Source: an uncultured Poribacteria bacterium (lineage in GTDB: Bacteria > Poribacteria > WGA-4E > WGA-3G). Taken from it: DNA of 64,000 bases. The translations under genes and the position numbers were made by a program. A model generated the notes under the pieces. The model was not told the DNA's origin, made no database searches, and saw only the letters and a list, made by a program, of their open reading frames with translations. Below, in pieces: positions 50,482 to 60,779 of the stretch (positions are counted from its first letter, which is position 1; every line of letters begins with the position of its first letter). The DNA lies in assembly GCA_951813565.1 (NCBI GenBank), contig OX638351.1, positions 2,912,001 through 2,976,000 on the forward strand, read 5' to 3'.

Positions 50482-50590
50482 CAGCGCTGTCAGATATTTC
50501 CTGGCAGTGCTTCGCATCGGCAGTGGTTTCAGCACTGTCGGTGCATCTAAAAAGCACCTCCGACGTAATCCACGCGAGGCGGATTTTTTT
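50482..50590 (+). ncRNA. Candidate structured antisense small RNA (~110 nt)
   Basis: Own promoter; hairpins AGCGCTGTCAG/CTGGCAGTGCT and GCATCGGCAGTG/CACTGTCGGTGC with G-U pairs favouring the + strand; AATCC..GGATT hairpin plus T7 at the end. Confidence 0.55.
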
Positions 50591-50604
50591 AACGTCTACG
50601 AGAT

Positions 50605-50633
50605 ATTATAAAACTTTTTGCATTTTTTGTCAA
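50605..50633 (-). promoter_or_regulatory. Consensus sigma70 promoter of the three-gene operon
   Basis: TTGACA-AAAAATGCAAAAAGTTT(17)-TATAAT on the minus strand. Confidence 0.75.
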
Positions 50634-51151
50634 CAACTTTTTTGAATTTTATCAAAAAATATAATTTACAGGACTTATAGTGAGCTTTGAAATTGTGGTA
50701 GGCGCGTTTTCTAAACCCGCCTCGGACATTGTTGGAGAGCTTGTAAGCCCGATAATTGTCTGAACCAGGATTACCAGATTTTCAGGATTGTTTGGTGTCC
50801 GAATATATTTTACCCAGATAATCGCTTCTGTTTATCTCAATCTTTTGTGTAATCTTGCTAATCGCATAATCCTGAAAATCCTGGTTCAGAGACAATACAG
50901 CGCGTTTACAAAACGCACCTACCAGTGGGTAAATGTCCAAAAACGCCAAATGCCTAAAAGCGCATTTGGCGTTGATTCACTGGTCGCGATCTTTCGACTA
51001 AAACAGGTAATAAATCGACAATTGAATGCCTCTGACATGGATCCCCAGATTCCTTGACATCGCAAAACATTTCGTGATATATTATTTATATAACGAACTG
51101 ACAGGAATTACGGTATCTGTTGAAAATGAATATAAAAGAGAGTCCAATTCT

Positions 51152-53725
51152 ATGAGACTACCACCCTCAAAAATATGGCAATACCAAAATCCCGATATTG
51201 ATATGAGTCTCACGCTTGCGGCAGGACTTGGTGTCTCACCACTGGTTGCACGCCTTCTTGTTAATCGCGAAATTAAGTCAGTTGAGGAAGGCAAAGTCTA
51301 TCTATACCCAACGTATTCTGATCTGCACTCTCCGTTTGACATGGCAGATATGGAAAAAGCAGTTGAACGAATTCAGCAAGCAATAAAAAAGGATGAGCAG
51401 ATATGCATTTATGGTGATTATGACGCGGATGGAACAACAGCAACGGCACTGTTGATGAATGCATTTCGTTTTATGGGTTACGCTGCTAAATACTACATTC
51501 CCCACCGATATGACGAAGGATATGGTCTCAATGAAGATGCAGTCCGAGAAGTTAAAAAAGATGGTTGCTCATTGATGATTACTGTCGATTGTGGTATTAC
51601 TTCTGTTAATGAGGTCAAACTGGCAAATGAACTCGGCATGGATGTGATTCTCACTGATCATCATCAGCCGCCTGTAGATAATCCGCCACCTGCTTACGCT
51701 ATCATTTCACCGAAGGTGCCTGGAAATGAATACCCGTATACAGATTTAGCAGGTGTCGGATTGGCATTCAAAGTCGCACAAGCTTTGATAGACGATGAAG
51801 CATTTCTTACTTCATTGCTTGATCTTGTGGCGTTAGGGACAGTCGTTGACCTCGCACCGATCACAGGTGAAAATAGAACGTTGAGCCGACTCGGCTTGGC
51901 AGAGATCAACAAACAATCCCGTATCGGTATTCAAAAACTATGTGATGTTGCTGGTTTCACAGATAAGCCGCTCGTTGGTCGATCACTATCATTCGGGTTA
52001 GGACCACGCCTGAACGCAGCAGGACGGATGGATACTGCACGTACAGTAGTAAAGTTGCTGACAACCGAGTCAAGCAGTGAAGCAGAGCAATTTGCTAAGG
52101 AATTAGACACCTATAATATAGAAAGAAAAAATATTGAAAATCATATCCAAGAAAAGGCTGTTGGACTTCTTAGCAGAGATGTAGACCTTGAGGAAACTAA
52201 AGGTTTGGTGGTTGCAAGTGACGCATGGGGTGATCAGGCAAAAGGTGTTGTTGGGATTGTCGCATCACGGTTGCTTGAACAGTTTTACCGTCCTATTTTT
52301 GTACTTGCAATTGATGGTGATGAAGCAACAGGGTCCGGACGTTGTATTGAAGGGATGAATCTTGCGGATAGTTTGAACAGCTGCTCTAATCTGCTGATCA
52401 AACATGGTGGACACAAGGCGGCTGCTGGACTTACATTGAAGACAAAGAATATACCTAAATTTAAAAAGGTTTTTAATGAATATGCATGTGAAAATCTCAC
52501 CGAAAATGACTTGATCCCGACACTTGCTTTGGACTTTGAAACAAATCTATCGTCTCTAACGTTAGAAACATTAGGACAGCTTGAAATCTTAGAGCCGTTT
52601 GGAATGGAAAACCGATCTCCTCGTTTTGTAAGTAAAAACATAACAGTAAAAGGACAACCCTCTTTGATGGGAGCTGAGAAACAACATTTCTTAATGCATG
52701 TCAGTGACGGATCAAAACCAAAAAAGACGATTGGATGGCGGAAAGCCGAACACGTAACGACACTCAGTAGACCAAATATCTCGTTAGACATCGCATTTTC
52801 ACCTGAAATCAATGAGTACAACGGTTTGCGGTCAGTCCAACTTATCCTTGAAGAATTTCGGGTTCAAGAACGCACACCGAACCTTGTTGTTTTTCCACCC
52901 AGTGACGTCCCTTCTTCTGGCAGAGTTGTTGACAGTCGCAACGAAAATAAAAAGGAATGCCTTTTGTCCTTGCTAAACAAGGATGTGCCATGTATAATAT
53001 ATGTCTTAGGCACTGAGAAAATCGACCAATTGTTGACACACGTCATTCCCAAAAAAGCGTCAGTAATTGGTAGACATGATGAAGCAACAACGAGAACAGA
53101 AGAGATTGAACTTCTGGAAAAACTGAGGCGTGGTGAATTCATTGGGATTGTTTCTTCTGCTGCATTTTCAACAGCCGCGTTAGAAGCTGTCCCTGTGGTA
53201 GAACATGTCGCCTTTTGTCACCTTGGGGCACAACCCAGCGATTTTTTCATGCGGTGTAACCCTGTAGTAAACTCCGAAAATACGACATCCCTTCATCTCC
53301 TCTACAACAAGGAATCAGATGTGAGGTTGCTGCAAGAATATTTAGAGCGGACATATCCTGACAGAAAGTCGCTCACTGTGCTCTACCGAAAATTACAAGA
53401 AACAGCCAGCACGGATTTTATTGAGTTACGGACACTTGCAGATACGTTTGAGATTAGTTCAAAACAAGCAATCGAAACAGGATTAACCATTTTTGAAGAA
53501 TTAGCGTTTATTGAAAGAGATACTGAGTCTGGACGACATTACGTCAAACTTTTACCAACCCGTAAAGGTAATTTAGAGAGATCACAAACATTTCTGAAGT
53601 GTCAATGGTTAAAGCAAGCAAGTCAAGACTTTCTGAAATTTCAACTTCAGGAAAACATCCAGCGAATTTGGGAACAAATAAAAGATGAGTGTGAAATCCC
53701 TGATTCAAAAAATTCAGAAACATAA
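51152..53725 (+). CDS. recJ: ssDNA exonuclease RecJ with long C-terminal extension
   Basis: YGDYDADG, TVDCG, TDHH, PRLNAAGR, GGHKAAAG, EPFGMEN. Confidence 0.95.
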   Translation: MRLPPSKIWQYQNPDIDMSLTLAAGLGVSPLVARLLVNREIKSVEEGKVYLYPTYSDLHSPFDMADMEKAVERIQQAIKKDEQICIYGDYDADGTTATALLMNAFRFMGYAAKYYIPHRYDEGYGLNEDAVREVKKDGCSLMITVDCGITSVNEVKLANELGMDVILTDHHQPPVDNPPPAYAIISPKVPGNEYPYTDLAGVGLAFKVAQALIDDEAFLTSLLDLVALGTVVDLAPITGENRTLSRLGLAEINKQSRIGIQKLCDVAGFTDKPLVGRSLSFGLGPRLNAAGRMDTARTVVKLLTTESSSEAEQFAKELDTYNIERKNIENHIQEKAVGLLSRDVDLEETKGLVVASDAWGDQAKGVVGIVASRLLEQFYRPIFVLAIDGDEATGSGRCIEGMNLADSLNSCSNLLIKHGGHKAAAGLTLKTKNIPKFKKVFNEYACENLTENDLIPTLALDFETNLSSLTLETLGQLEILEPFGMENRSPRFVSKNITVKGQPSLMGAEKQHFLMHVSDGSKPKKTIGWRKAEHVTTLSRPNISLDIAFSPEINEYNGLRSVQLILEEFRVQERTPNLVVFPPSDVPSSGRVVDSRNENKKECLLSLLNKDVPCIIYVLGTEKIDQLLTHVIPKKASVIGRHDEATTRTEEIELLEKLRRGEFIGIVSSAAFSTAALEAVPVVEHVAFCHLGAQPSDFFMRCNPVVNSENTTSLHLLYNKESDVRLLQEYLERTYPDRKSLTVLYRKLQETASTDFIELRTLADTFEISSKQAIETGLTIFEELAFIERDTESGRHYVKLLPTRKGNLERSQTFLKCQWLKQASQDFLKFQLQENIQRIWEQIKDECEIPDSKNSET

Positions 53726-55817
53726 TCCAGAGGCAGAAACCGATTTTGATTTTCTCAAAACGTGTTATAGTTTTGCCGAGAACGCGCACAGAAAGCAACT
53801 GCGAAAATCTGGCGATCCGTATTTCATGCATTGTGTGAGAACTGCCGAAATACTCGCCCAATTGCAGTTGGATATGGATACAATCTGTGCGGGATTAATG
53901 CACGATGTGTTAGAAGATACCGGTATTACGCGTTCTGAGTTGGAAAAGCAGTTTGGGAGAAATATCGCCCACTTGGTTGAGGGCGTAACAAAAATTGGTC
54001 GGTATAAATTTAGTGGCGGTCAGCGGAAGCGGCAAGCTGACACATACAGAAAACTATTATTAGCAACCGCCGAAGATATGCGCGTTATCCTGATTAAACT
54101 GGCTGATAGACTCCATAATATGGAGACTCTGGAACACTTATCTCCTGAACAACAGCAACGGATTTCTAAAGAAACACTCGAAATTTACGCACCTATCGCA
54201 CATCGGCTTGGTATTTGGTCGATGATGAGCCGCTTGGAAGACCTCTCATTCAAATATCTCCTGCCTGAAGCATATAGAGAAATTGCTGATCTTCTCAACG
54301 AAAAACTGGATGAACGACAAGCATATTGTAAAAAAATGGAAGCTATAATTCATGCTGAGCTGAAGAAACACGGAATATCAGCAAACGTAAGGGGACGAAC
54401 GAAGCATATTTATAGTATCTACCAAAAGATGTATCAGAAAGGGACTCCGTTTAAAGATATTTGTGATTTGGTTGGACTCCGCATTCTTGTTGAAGACGAC
54501 TGGAATTGTTATAGCGCACTCGGTGTGTTGCATCTGAGATGGAATTATCTCCCAGATCGCGTCCGAGATTGGATAGGACAACCGAAAAAAAATGGATATC
54601 AATCCTTACATACCACTATTTTAGATGACGGAAAACCGATTGAGATTCAGATTCGGAGTAGAGGGATGCATCAAGTTGCAGAAAACGGAATCGCCGCACA
54701 TTGGAGTTATAAGGAAGGCGTGCCGACAACTAAGGAAGCACTCTCGATTTTTACGAATTATAAAGAGATGCTTGAAGATATACAAGATACGCAAGATGTT
54801 CCTGATCGCTTTATTGAATCCATGAAATTGGAACTCTTCCAAGATGAGGTATACGTGTTCACACCGAAAGGTGATATCCATGCACTGCCTGTAGGTTCAA
54901 CAGCGATTGATTTTGCCTACAAAATCCACACCGACATCGGAAACACATGTTGTGGTGCAGAAGTTAACAACGTGCTTACACCGATACGTGAACCGCTTCA
55001 AAACGGGGACCGTGTGTATATTCTGACTCACCCCAAAACTACACCGAGCAGGGCATGGCTACGGATGGTAAAAACAGCGAATGCTCGGACCAAAATACGG
55101 CATTGGTTCCGTGAAAAAGACAGGACAGATGCGATTGAATTAGGCAAAACTTTTCTCAAGGCGGAACTGCAAGTTTCATACCTTAACGCCAACGATTATC
55201 TGAAATCCCCTAAACTACTTGAGATTGCGAAACAACTCGGACTTGAGAATGTTGAAGAACTTTGCATTCGGATCGGTAATGGGAGTGAATCTGCCACACA
55301 AATCGTAAATCGGTTGAAACCAGAAAAGGTAGAAGTAGCAGAAGAAGAACGAACAGCAAGACGTCCAGAACCCACTATCCAACTTGAAAATGGCATTGAT
55401 TTAGGTATGGTTCGCGTTATGAAATGCTGTAACCCCATCCCTGGAGACGACATTGTGGGCTACCTGACGCGCGGACGTGGTGTTTCTGTTCATCGGGCGG
55501 GATGTATCCGACTACTTGATGAACCTGAGCGGTTCGTGGTTGTTAATTGGCAACCCGAAGAAGGAACAAACTATCCTACTCAAATTTTCATTGAATGTGA
55601 CGATAAACCTGGGATGTTAGGTGAGATTACAACTGCCATCGCTAAATTCCAAGTAAATATTCGAGAAGGGAACTTTAAAGCCTCCAACATCACCAGAATT
55701 GATGATATAGCTGCGGATTACTTTACATTGGATGTAACTGGCGTTGAACAGTTAAAAGAGGTAATGGATGCAGTTAAAAGTTTAAAAGGTGTGGAGAGTG
55801 TCGTCCGAAAAATGTAA
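53685..55817 (+). CDS. relA: Bifunctional (p)ppGpp synthetase/hydrolase
   Basis: HDVLED hydrolase, KNGYQSLHT/EIQIR synthetase, TGS, CC and ACT domains. Confidence 0.95.
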   Translation: MSVKSLIQKIQKHNPEAETDFDFLKTCYSFAENAHRKQLRKSGDPYFMHCVRTAEILAQLQLDMDTICAGLMHDVLEDTGITRSELEKQFGRNIAHLVEGVTKIGRYKFSGGQRKRQADTYRKLLLATAEDMRVILIKLADRLHNMETLEHLSPEQQQRISKETLEIYAPIAHRLGIWSMMSRLEDLSFKYLLPEAYREIADLLNEKLDERQAYCKKMEAIIHAELKKHGISANVRGRTKHIYSIYQKMYQKGTPFKDICDLVGLRILVEDDWNCYSALGVLHLRWNYLPDRVRDWIGQPKKNGYQSLHTTILDDGKPIEIQIRSRGMHQVAENGIAAHWSYKEGVPTTKEALSIFTNYKEMLEDIQDTQDVPDRFIESMKLELFQDEVYVFTPKGDIHALPVGSTAIDFAYKIHTDIGNTCCGAEVNNVLTPIREPLQNGDRVYILTHPKTTPSRAWLRMVKTANARTKIRHWFREKDRTDAIELGKTFLKAELQVSYLNANDYLKSPKLLEIAKQLGLENVEELCIRIGNGSESATQIVNRLKPEKVEVAEEERTARRPEPTIQLENGIDLGMVRVMKCCNPIPGDDIVGYLTRGRGVSVHRAGCIRLLDEPERFVVVNWQPEEGTNYPTQIFIECDDKPGMLGEITTAIAKFQVNIREGNFKASNITRIDDIAADYFTLDVTGVEQLKEVMDAVKSLKGVESVVRKM

Positions 55818-55821
55818 GGTT

Positions 55822-56034
55822 TTACACATCAGACGACATACGAGAAATAACTTTCGTAACTTTTCCGCTTCGAATGCAGGACGTACAGACACGAATTCGC
55901 CTCGGTCCTTCTTCAGTCATAGTTCGAACACGTTGAAGGTTCGGAAGCCAGCGGCGTTTTGTGTGGTGGTCTGAATCACTGATCTGATTGCCTGTTCGTG
56001 GTCTTTTTCCACATAGGGTACATACGCGTGCCAA
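55822..56034 (-). CDS. rpmB: 50S ribosomal protein L28
   Basis: MARVCTLCGK..TKRRWLPNLQ..VCTSCIRSG; AGGAGG RBS with TTG start. Confidence 0.95.
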   Translation of the reverse strand: MARVCTLCGKRPRTGNQISDSDHHTKRRWLPNLQRVRTMTEEGPRRIRVCTSCIRSGKVTKVISRMSSDV

Positions 56035-56116
56035 TTTAAACGCCTCCTTTCTTTTGAATGTTTGAATTTTGGTGTAAATTTAGCACTTATAAAGAATATC
56101 ACATTTGGGTAGGCAA

Positions 56117-56908
56117 ATGCAAATTTTTCTTTTAAAAAATCGGATTTTCCTATTTTTACTAATAATCATCACTTTTTTGGGTTGCAGGCAAGTGGAAGAT
56201 GAAACACCAAAACCGATAGCTCAACCAGAACCCACACTATACGGCACGGTATCAGGAAAAGTCACTGATGCGAAAACGAACAACCCAATTCCTGGTGCCG
56301 TAGTAAAGTTATTTGGTTTAGAAGTCAAGACTGAAGTTGATGGTATCTTTGTGTTTCACGGAATACCTTACTTTGATGAACAAAACTTAACTGTTCTTGA
56401 TCCTGATTATCAAGCATACACTTTTGCTTTCACGCTCAATCAAGAACGCATGACAGTAAATGTAGCCCTGACACCTCTCAAAGACCCTACAGACGAATTG
56501 AATGCGTTTCTTGAAAACTTATCGCAACTGCTTGAGTCATTAGATTCGGAGAAGCTTGAGGCAATTGAGGCACTCTTCTCCGAGTCTTATGTTGCATCTG
56601 ATGATCCCGTTACAACTTTTGGTATATTATCCGGTGTAATCCCTCCAAATTACGAAGGCGTAATCCCAACTTTCACAGAGGTGTTTCAAAAATATTCTTG
56701 GTTAGAATTCGTGTTTAGAGACAGAGTGATGAATATAACCCATGCAAGGAAAGCGTCAATTGAACTATTTTTGGATGTAGACTCTGAAAACGCGGAAGAC
56801 GGGAATTTGAGCCACCTTGAAGCGAAATGCAATTTTGAATTTCGGCGTGAAGGGTCTGATTGGAAGATCGTTTACTGGCAACTTTTGACTTTAGACGTTC
56901 GCTTGTAA
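56117..56908 (+). CDS. Lipoprotein with carboxypeptidase-regulatory-like domain
   Basis: FLGC lipobox; GTVSGKVTDAKTNNPIPGAVV. Confidence 0.75.
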   Translation: MQIFLLKNRIFLFLLIIITFLGCRQVEDETPKPIAQPEPTLYGTVSGKVTDAKTNNPIPGAVVKLFGLEVKTEVDGIFVFHGIPYFDEQNLTVLDPDYQAYTFAFTLNQERMTVNVALTPLKDPTDELNAFLENLSQLLESLDSEKLEAIEALFSESYVASDDPVTTFGILSGVIPPNYEGVIPTFTEVFQKYSWLEFVFRDRVMNITHARKASIELFLDVDSENAEDGNLSHLEAKCNFEFRREGSDWKIVYWQLLTLDVRL

Positions 56909-57775
56909 CAGATTTGCTAATGCAGCAAATTCGATAATATCTAACGTTTCAGCACGCCGTTGCGGGGCAATGTTTAATTCGGCAAATGCTGTGCTTAGTA
57001 TTTCTGGCGATGCGAATCGGCGCAACGAATTTTTGAGCATCTTTCGCCTTCCCCTAAACGCCTCCCTAACAACCCGAAAAAAATACGCTTCATCGTTTAC
57101 TAAGACCCTCGGTTTCTCACGCATTGTTAGTTTCAGCAACGCAGAATCCACTTGTGGTGCGGGGAAAAAATTATCTGGTGAGAGTATCCCAATTAACGCT
57201 GTATCGACGTAATAGGAAACACCAATAGTCAATGCACCGTAGTCCTTCCCACCGGGTGGGGCGACAATCCGTTCTGCAACCTCACGTTGCATCATTAAGA
57301 CACAGCTGCTGAGTTGGTCTGTGTGTTCCAGAAGTCTCGACAAGATTGGCGTAGTTATACCGTACGGGAGATTCGCGATAACCTTTGGGCGGGTGTTCGG
57401 AGGGAAAAGCGATGAGAACTCTAATTTGAGAACATCAGCTTGGATAATTTGGACAGCCGCATCAGTTGAAAATTGGGATTCTAATTCGGCATATAATAGG
57501 GGATCAACCTCAATCGCTATAACAGTTTTCGCTTGTTCAGCCAACGCTGCTGTAAGGCATCCGAGTCCCGCACCGATTTCTATGACGACATCTGTATCTG
57601 TTACACCGCCGGCTTCAATGATAACTGATAAAACATCGGGATTGATGAGGAAGTGCTGCCCTAACTGTTTTTTAGGACGTGTTCGATTTGTCTTCAGAAA
57701 TGCTTTTGCCTGTTGCAGAAGTGTCATCCGTTCATGATGTGACTTATTTTTATTCATGTGAGTAGAATCTACCAA
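56891..57775 (-). CDS. rsmA: 16S rRNA m6,2A dimethyltransferase
   Basis: LGQHFL, EIGAGLG, ANLPY, MMQREVA; exact start uncertain. Confidence 0.95.
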   Translation of the reverse strand: MVDSTHMNKNKSHHERMTLLQQAKAFLKTNRTRPKKQLGQHFLINPDVLSVIIEAGGVTDTDVVIEIGAGLGCLTAALAEQAKTVIAIEVDPLLYAELESQFSTDAAVQIIQADVLKLEFSSLFPPNTRPKVIANLPYGITTPILSRLLEHTDQLSSCVLMMQREVAERIVAPPGGKDYGALTIGVSYYVDTALIGILSPDNFFPAPQVDSALLKLTMREKPRVLVNDEAYFFRVVREAFRGRRKMLKNSLRRFASPEILSTAFAELNIAPQRRAETLDIIEFAALANLLQANV

Positions 57776-57974
57776 GCAGACATTGAGGTTACGTTCGGAA
57801 TAGATATCATGCCATTTCTGAATGATGGTTTTCCATTAACAGAACAAGTGTTTGTAGTCGCGCAATTCATTGCGCCTCTTATCTACCTGTAGGAGTGCCC
57901 ATTTAGTCACAACCTTTGTGAATCAAATACAGATGAATTAGATTGTAAGGTAAACTATACAAATAGAAGTGATA

Positions 57975-59174
57975 CTATTTTTTCATCAACTTCACGACAC
58001 GATCTAATATAGCATTTGCCACTTCTTGTTTAGAAAGGAGTGGGAGTTGCTCACAATTGCCTGCCTTGTCAAGCAGCGTTACAATATTTGTATCGCCTGC
58101 GAATCCAGCACCTTCAGCGAGGATGTCATTTGCAACAATCAGATCACAGTTTTTTCGGATTAACTTTTCTTTAGCGTTTTCAAGCACATCATTCGTTTCG
58201 GCAGCAAAACAGACGGTTAACTGATGCTTTTTATTTTTACCGATCGTTTCTGCAGTATCTGGATTTTTCTGTAAAGCGATGTTTAATGTGTCGGTCCGTT
58301 TCTTGATTTTATGTGGTGTCCATTCTGCTGGACGATAATCGGCAGGCGCAGCCGCCATAATGGCGATGTCTGTTTCCTCAAACTTTTGTAGGACTGCCTC
58401 GTGCATTTCCTGTGTCGTTTGGACATTGCAGATTTCAATTCCCGAAGGCGGTAGCACTGTCGCATGTCCGCTAACCAGCTGAACAGTTGCACCTCGTCGC
58501 GCTGCCACCGCTGCAAGCGCATAGCCCATCTTTCCGCTTGAGCTGTTTGTAATAAACCTGACGGGATCAATATATTCGCGAGTAGCCCCCGCTGTAACAA
58601 GGATTCGCTTCCCATGCAAATCTTGTTGCAGGTTCAGAATCGCTTTCGTGCGTTCGAGAATTACATCTACCTCATTCAAGCGCCCAACACCTTCATAACC
58701 GCACGCAAGATCACCGCTTGCAGGTTCTACGAATTCAACACCGTGCTTGCTGAGTGTATCTATATTCTGTTGAACAAATGGGTTTTCATACATGTGTCCG
58801 TTCATCGCAGGGGCAATAAGAATGGGACAATGGACAGAGACAGCAACAGTAGAAAGCGCATCATCAGCGATGCCGTTTGCCATTTTTCCGAGGACGTTCG
58901 CAGTCGCGGGGACAATGGCGAGTAAGTCTGCTTGGTCAGCAAGATCGATATGAGGAGGTTTCCAATCTTCACCAGTGTCAAACAAGTCAAGTAGCACGGA
59001 ATTCCGTGATATGACTTGAAATTGCAGCGGGTTTATCAGGCGAGTGGCGTTTTTTGTCATTACGACGTGAACAGAAGCACCCCATTTGACCAATTGACTC
59101 GCATAATCAAGCGATTTATGGATGGCAATTCCACCGGCAACGCCTAAAAGGATAGTTCGGTCTTTGAGTTCCAT
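57975..59174 (-). CDS. coaBC: Phosphopantothenoylcysteine decarboxylase/synthetase
   Basis: PATAN, APAMN, LACG, TAGATREYIDPVRFITNSSSGKMG, FAAET. Confidence 0.96.
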   Translation of the reverse strand: MELKDRTILLGVAGGIAIHKSLDYASQLVKWGASVHVVMTKNATRLINPLQFQVISRNSVLLDLFDTGEDWKPPHIDLADQADLLAIVPATANVLGKMANGIADDALSTVAVSVHCPILIAPAMNGHMYENPFVQQNIDTLSKHGVEFVEPASGDLACGYEGVGRLNEVDVILERTKAILNLQQDLHGKRILVTAGATREYIDPVRFITNSSSGKMGYALAAVAARRGATVQLVSGHATVLPPSGIEICNVQTTQEMHEAVLQKFEETDIAIMAAAPADYRPAEWTPHKIKKRTDTLNIALQKNPDTAETIGKNKKHQLTVCFAAETNDVLENAKEKLIRKNCDLIVANDILAEGAGFAGDTNIVTLLDKAGNCEQLPLLSKQEVANAILDRVVKLMKK

Positions 59175-59186
59175 GGAAAATCGGGA

Positions 59187-59846
59187 TTACGAATCCCGCC
59201 TATTGGGAATACTAAAAGATTCGATAAAAGTTGCTGTCTGTTCAGGAGTAATACGGCACCGTTCTGCAGAGATGATCGCTTGAATTTGGCACACTGCCTG
59301 CTCTACCGCGTTTTCAGGGTTGATAACACAGTAATCGTAATGTGTTATCTGGCTAATTTCGGTTTCAGCAATCTCTAAACGTTTTATGAGTTCTGCCTCT
59401 GATTCGGTTTCTCTGCCCCGTAAACGTTTCTCCAGAATAGCAAACGATGCTGGAATCAGGAAAATCAGAACACTTCTTGCAGGGGTGAGGTCCTGTTTTC
59501 GGACTTGTAACGCGCCGTTCACCTCGATTTCTAAAATTGTATCTTTTCCTTCTTGACGCGCTGCCGCTATCTCAGACTTAGGCGTTCCATAAAAGCTTTC
59601 GCCATATTTTGCCCATTCTAAAAATGCGTTTTGTTGAATGCGTTCCTCAAACTGTGCGGACGTCAAAAAATGGTAATCAACACCGTCAACTTCATGGGGA
59701 CGAGCAGTGCGTGTTGTTGCTGAAATAGAGAGCCGTAATGTGTCATCTACTTCGCACAACGCAGTAGCAACAGTGCTTTTACCACACCCAGAAGGACCTG
59801 AGATGACAACGACTAAATTATGGTTTTTAAACGGTGTGGAAACCAT
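59187..59846 (-). CDS. gmk: Guanylate kinase
   Basis: ISGPSGCGKST, SATTR, GVDYHF, YGT. Confidence 0.95.
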   Translation of the reverse strand: MVSTPFKNHNLVVVISGPSGCGKSTVATALCEVDDTLRLSISATTRTARPHEVDGVDYHFLTSAQFEERIQQNAFLEWAKYGESFYGTPKSEIAAARQEGKDTILEIEVNGALQVRKQDLTPARSVLIFLIPASFAILEKRLRGRETESEAELIKRLEIAETEISQITHYDYCVINPENAVEQAVCQIQAIISAERCRITPEQTATFIESFSIPNRRDS

Positions 59847-59864
59847 TTCGGAATTCAATAAAAG

Positions 59865-60323
59865 TTAATCTGCTGCTTCAGCGAGTTCTAATAGCACGGG
59901 TGATTCAACGCGGATTGCGTCCTTGATACATACCTCTTCGCATAACTTACAGCCAACGCAGTCCTTCGGTTTGACTAATTCACAAATACCGAAGAAACTT
60001 TCAGCATGTTCGCCAGTTTCCGGGTCTTTGAGTTCAAGACATTCCCACGGACAGATATGGACGCAGAAATCGCACCCAGAGCAAAGTTCTTCGTAGATAA
60101 CAGCGATAGGTCTATGTGTTGGACGACGAATAAATTTGCATACCTCACCAAACTGATCACGGATTGCTTCTACCGGACACACCATACCGCACGCTGTACA
60201 ATCAATACAGACATTCGGGTCAATAATGTGCAGCATATTCCGGTCGCCTGTAATCGCATCCACAGGGCAATTGGTTAAACATGCCATACACCCGATGCAT
60301 TCGTCAGTAATATAATACGCCAT
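59865..60323 (-). CDS. Polyferredoxin with four [4Fe-4S] motifs
   Basis: CIGCMAC..CP, CIDCTAC..CP, CSGCDFC..CP, CVGCKLC..C. Confidence 0.9.
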   Translation of the reverse strand: MAYYITDECIGCMACLTNCPVDAITGDRNMLHIIDPNVCIDCTACGMVCPVEAIRDQFGEVCKFIRRPTHRPIAVIYEELCSGCDFCVHICPWECLELKDPETGEHAESFFGICELVKPKDCVGCKLCEEVCIKDAIRVESPVLLELAEAAD

Positions 60324-60539
60324 AGAAACGACACCTCCAGATTTCTTTTATTTTAACATAACGTGGTGAAAATGTCAAATTCAAATATTTTAAACTTTTT
60401 TCGTGCCATGCACCCTTTCCCACAAAATACTGTGTCTTAACTTATAAAGGGCATCTTATATTGATGTTCTGGAAAATTCATGTCAAATATTTTACGTAAG
60501 TTCTGTTATTTGACAAATCTTAAAGGAGGACATATAATT

Positions 60540-60668
60540 GTGAAAAAGAAACTTTGGAAACTACAACCGAAAAAGCAACGGTGGCGAAAGATAGGGTTCA
60601 CCGTGGCACTTATTGCTTTCATGGGTGGCGGACTGCTGTTTGGCACAATCAGAAAAAGTGTAGTATAG
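60540..60668 (+). CDS. Small membrane peptide (LLFGTI), possibly truncated
   Basis: AAGGAGG RBS, GTG start; IAFMGGGLLFGTI resembles the 50074-50331 protein; stop at the edge of a MITE. Confidence 0.5.
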   Translation: MKKKLWKLQPKKQRWRKIGFTVALIAFMGGGLLFGTIRKSVV

Positions 60669-60674
60669 TGAATT

Positions 60675-60764
60675 ATACCAAATTAACGCGATTCGTCTCG
60701 GTAGATGCGGTTCCTAACCGCACCTGACTCCAACAAAACAAGATAAATCCTGTTAATTTGGTAT
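60675..60764. mobile_element. Short MITE-like element with REP hairpin
   Basis: 13-bp IR ATACCAAATTAAC/GTTAATTTGGTAT around GTAGATGCGGTTCCTAACCGCAC. Confidence 0.6.
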
Positions 60765-60779
60765 TATAGGAGGTTCATA

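Noticed and set aside
50228..50557. 109-aa minus-strand ORF through the leader
   Set aside because: It overlaps the better-supported 50331 gene out of frame and the GGAGG is too close to the GTG; a leader-peptide role is not excluded but is unsupported
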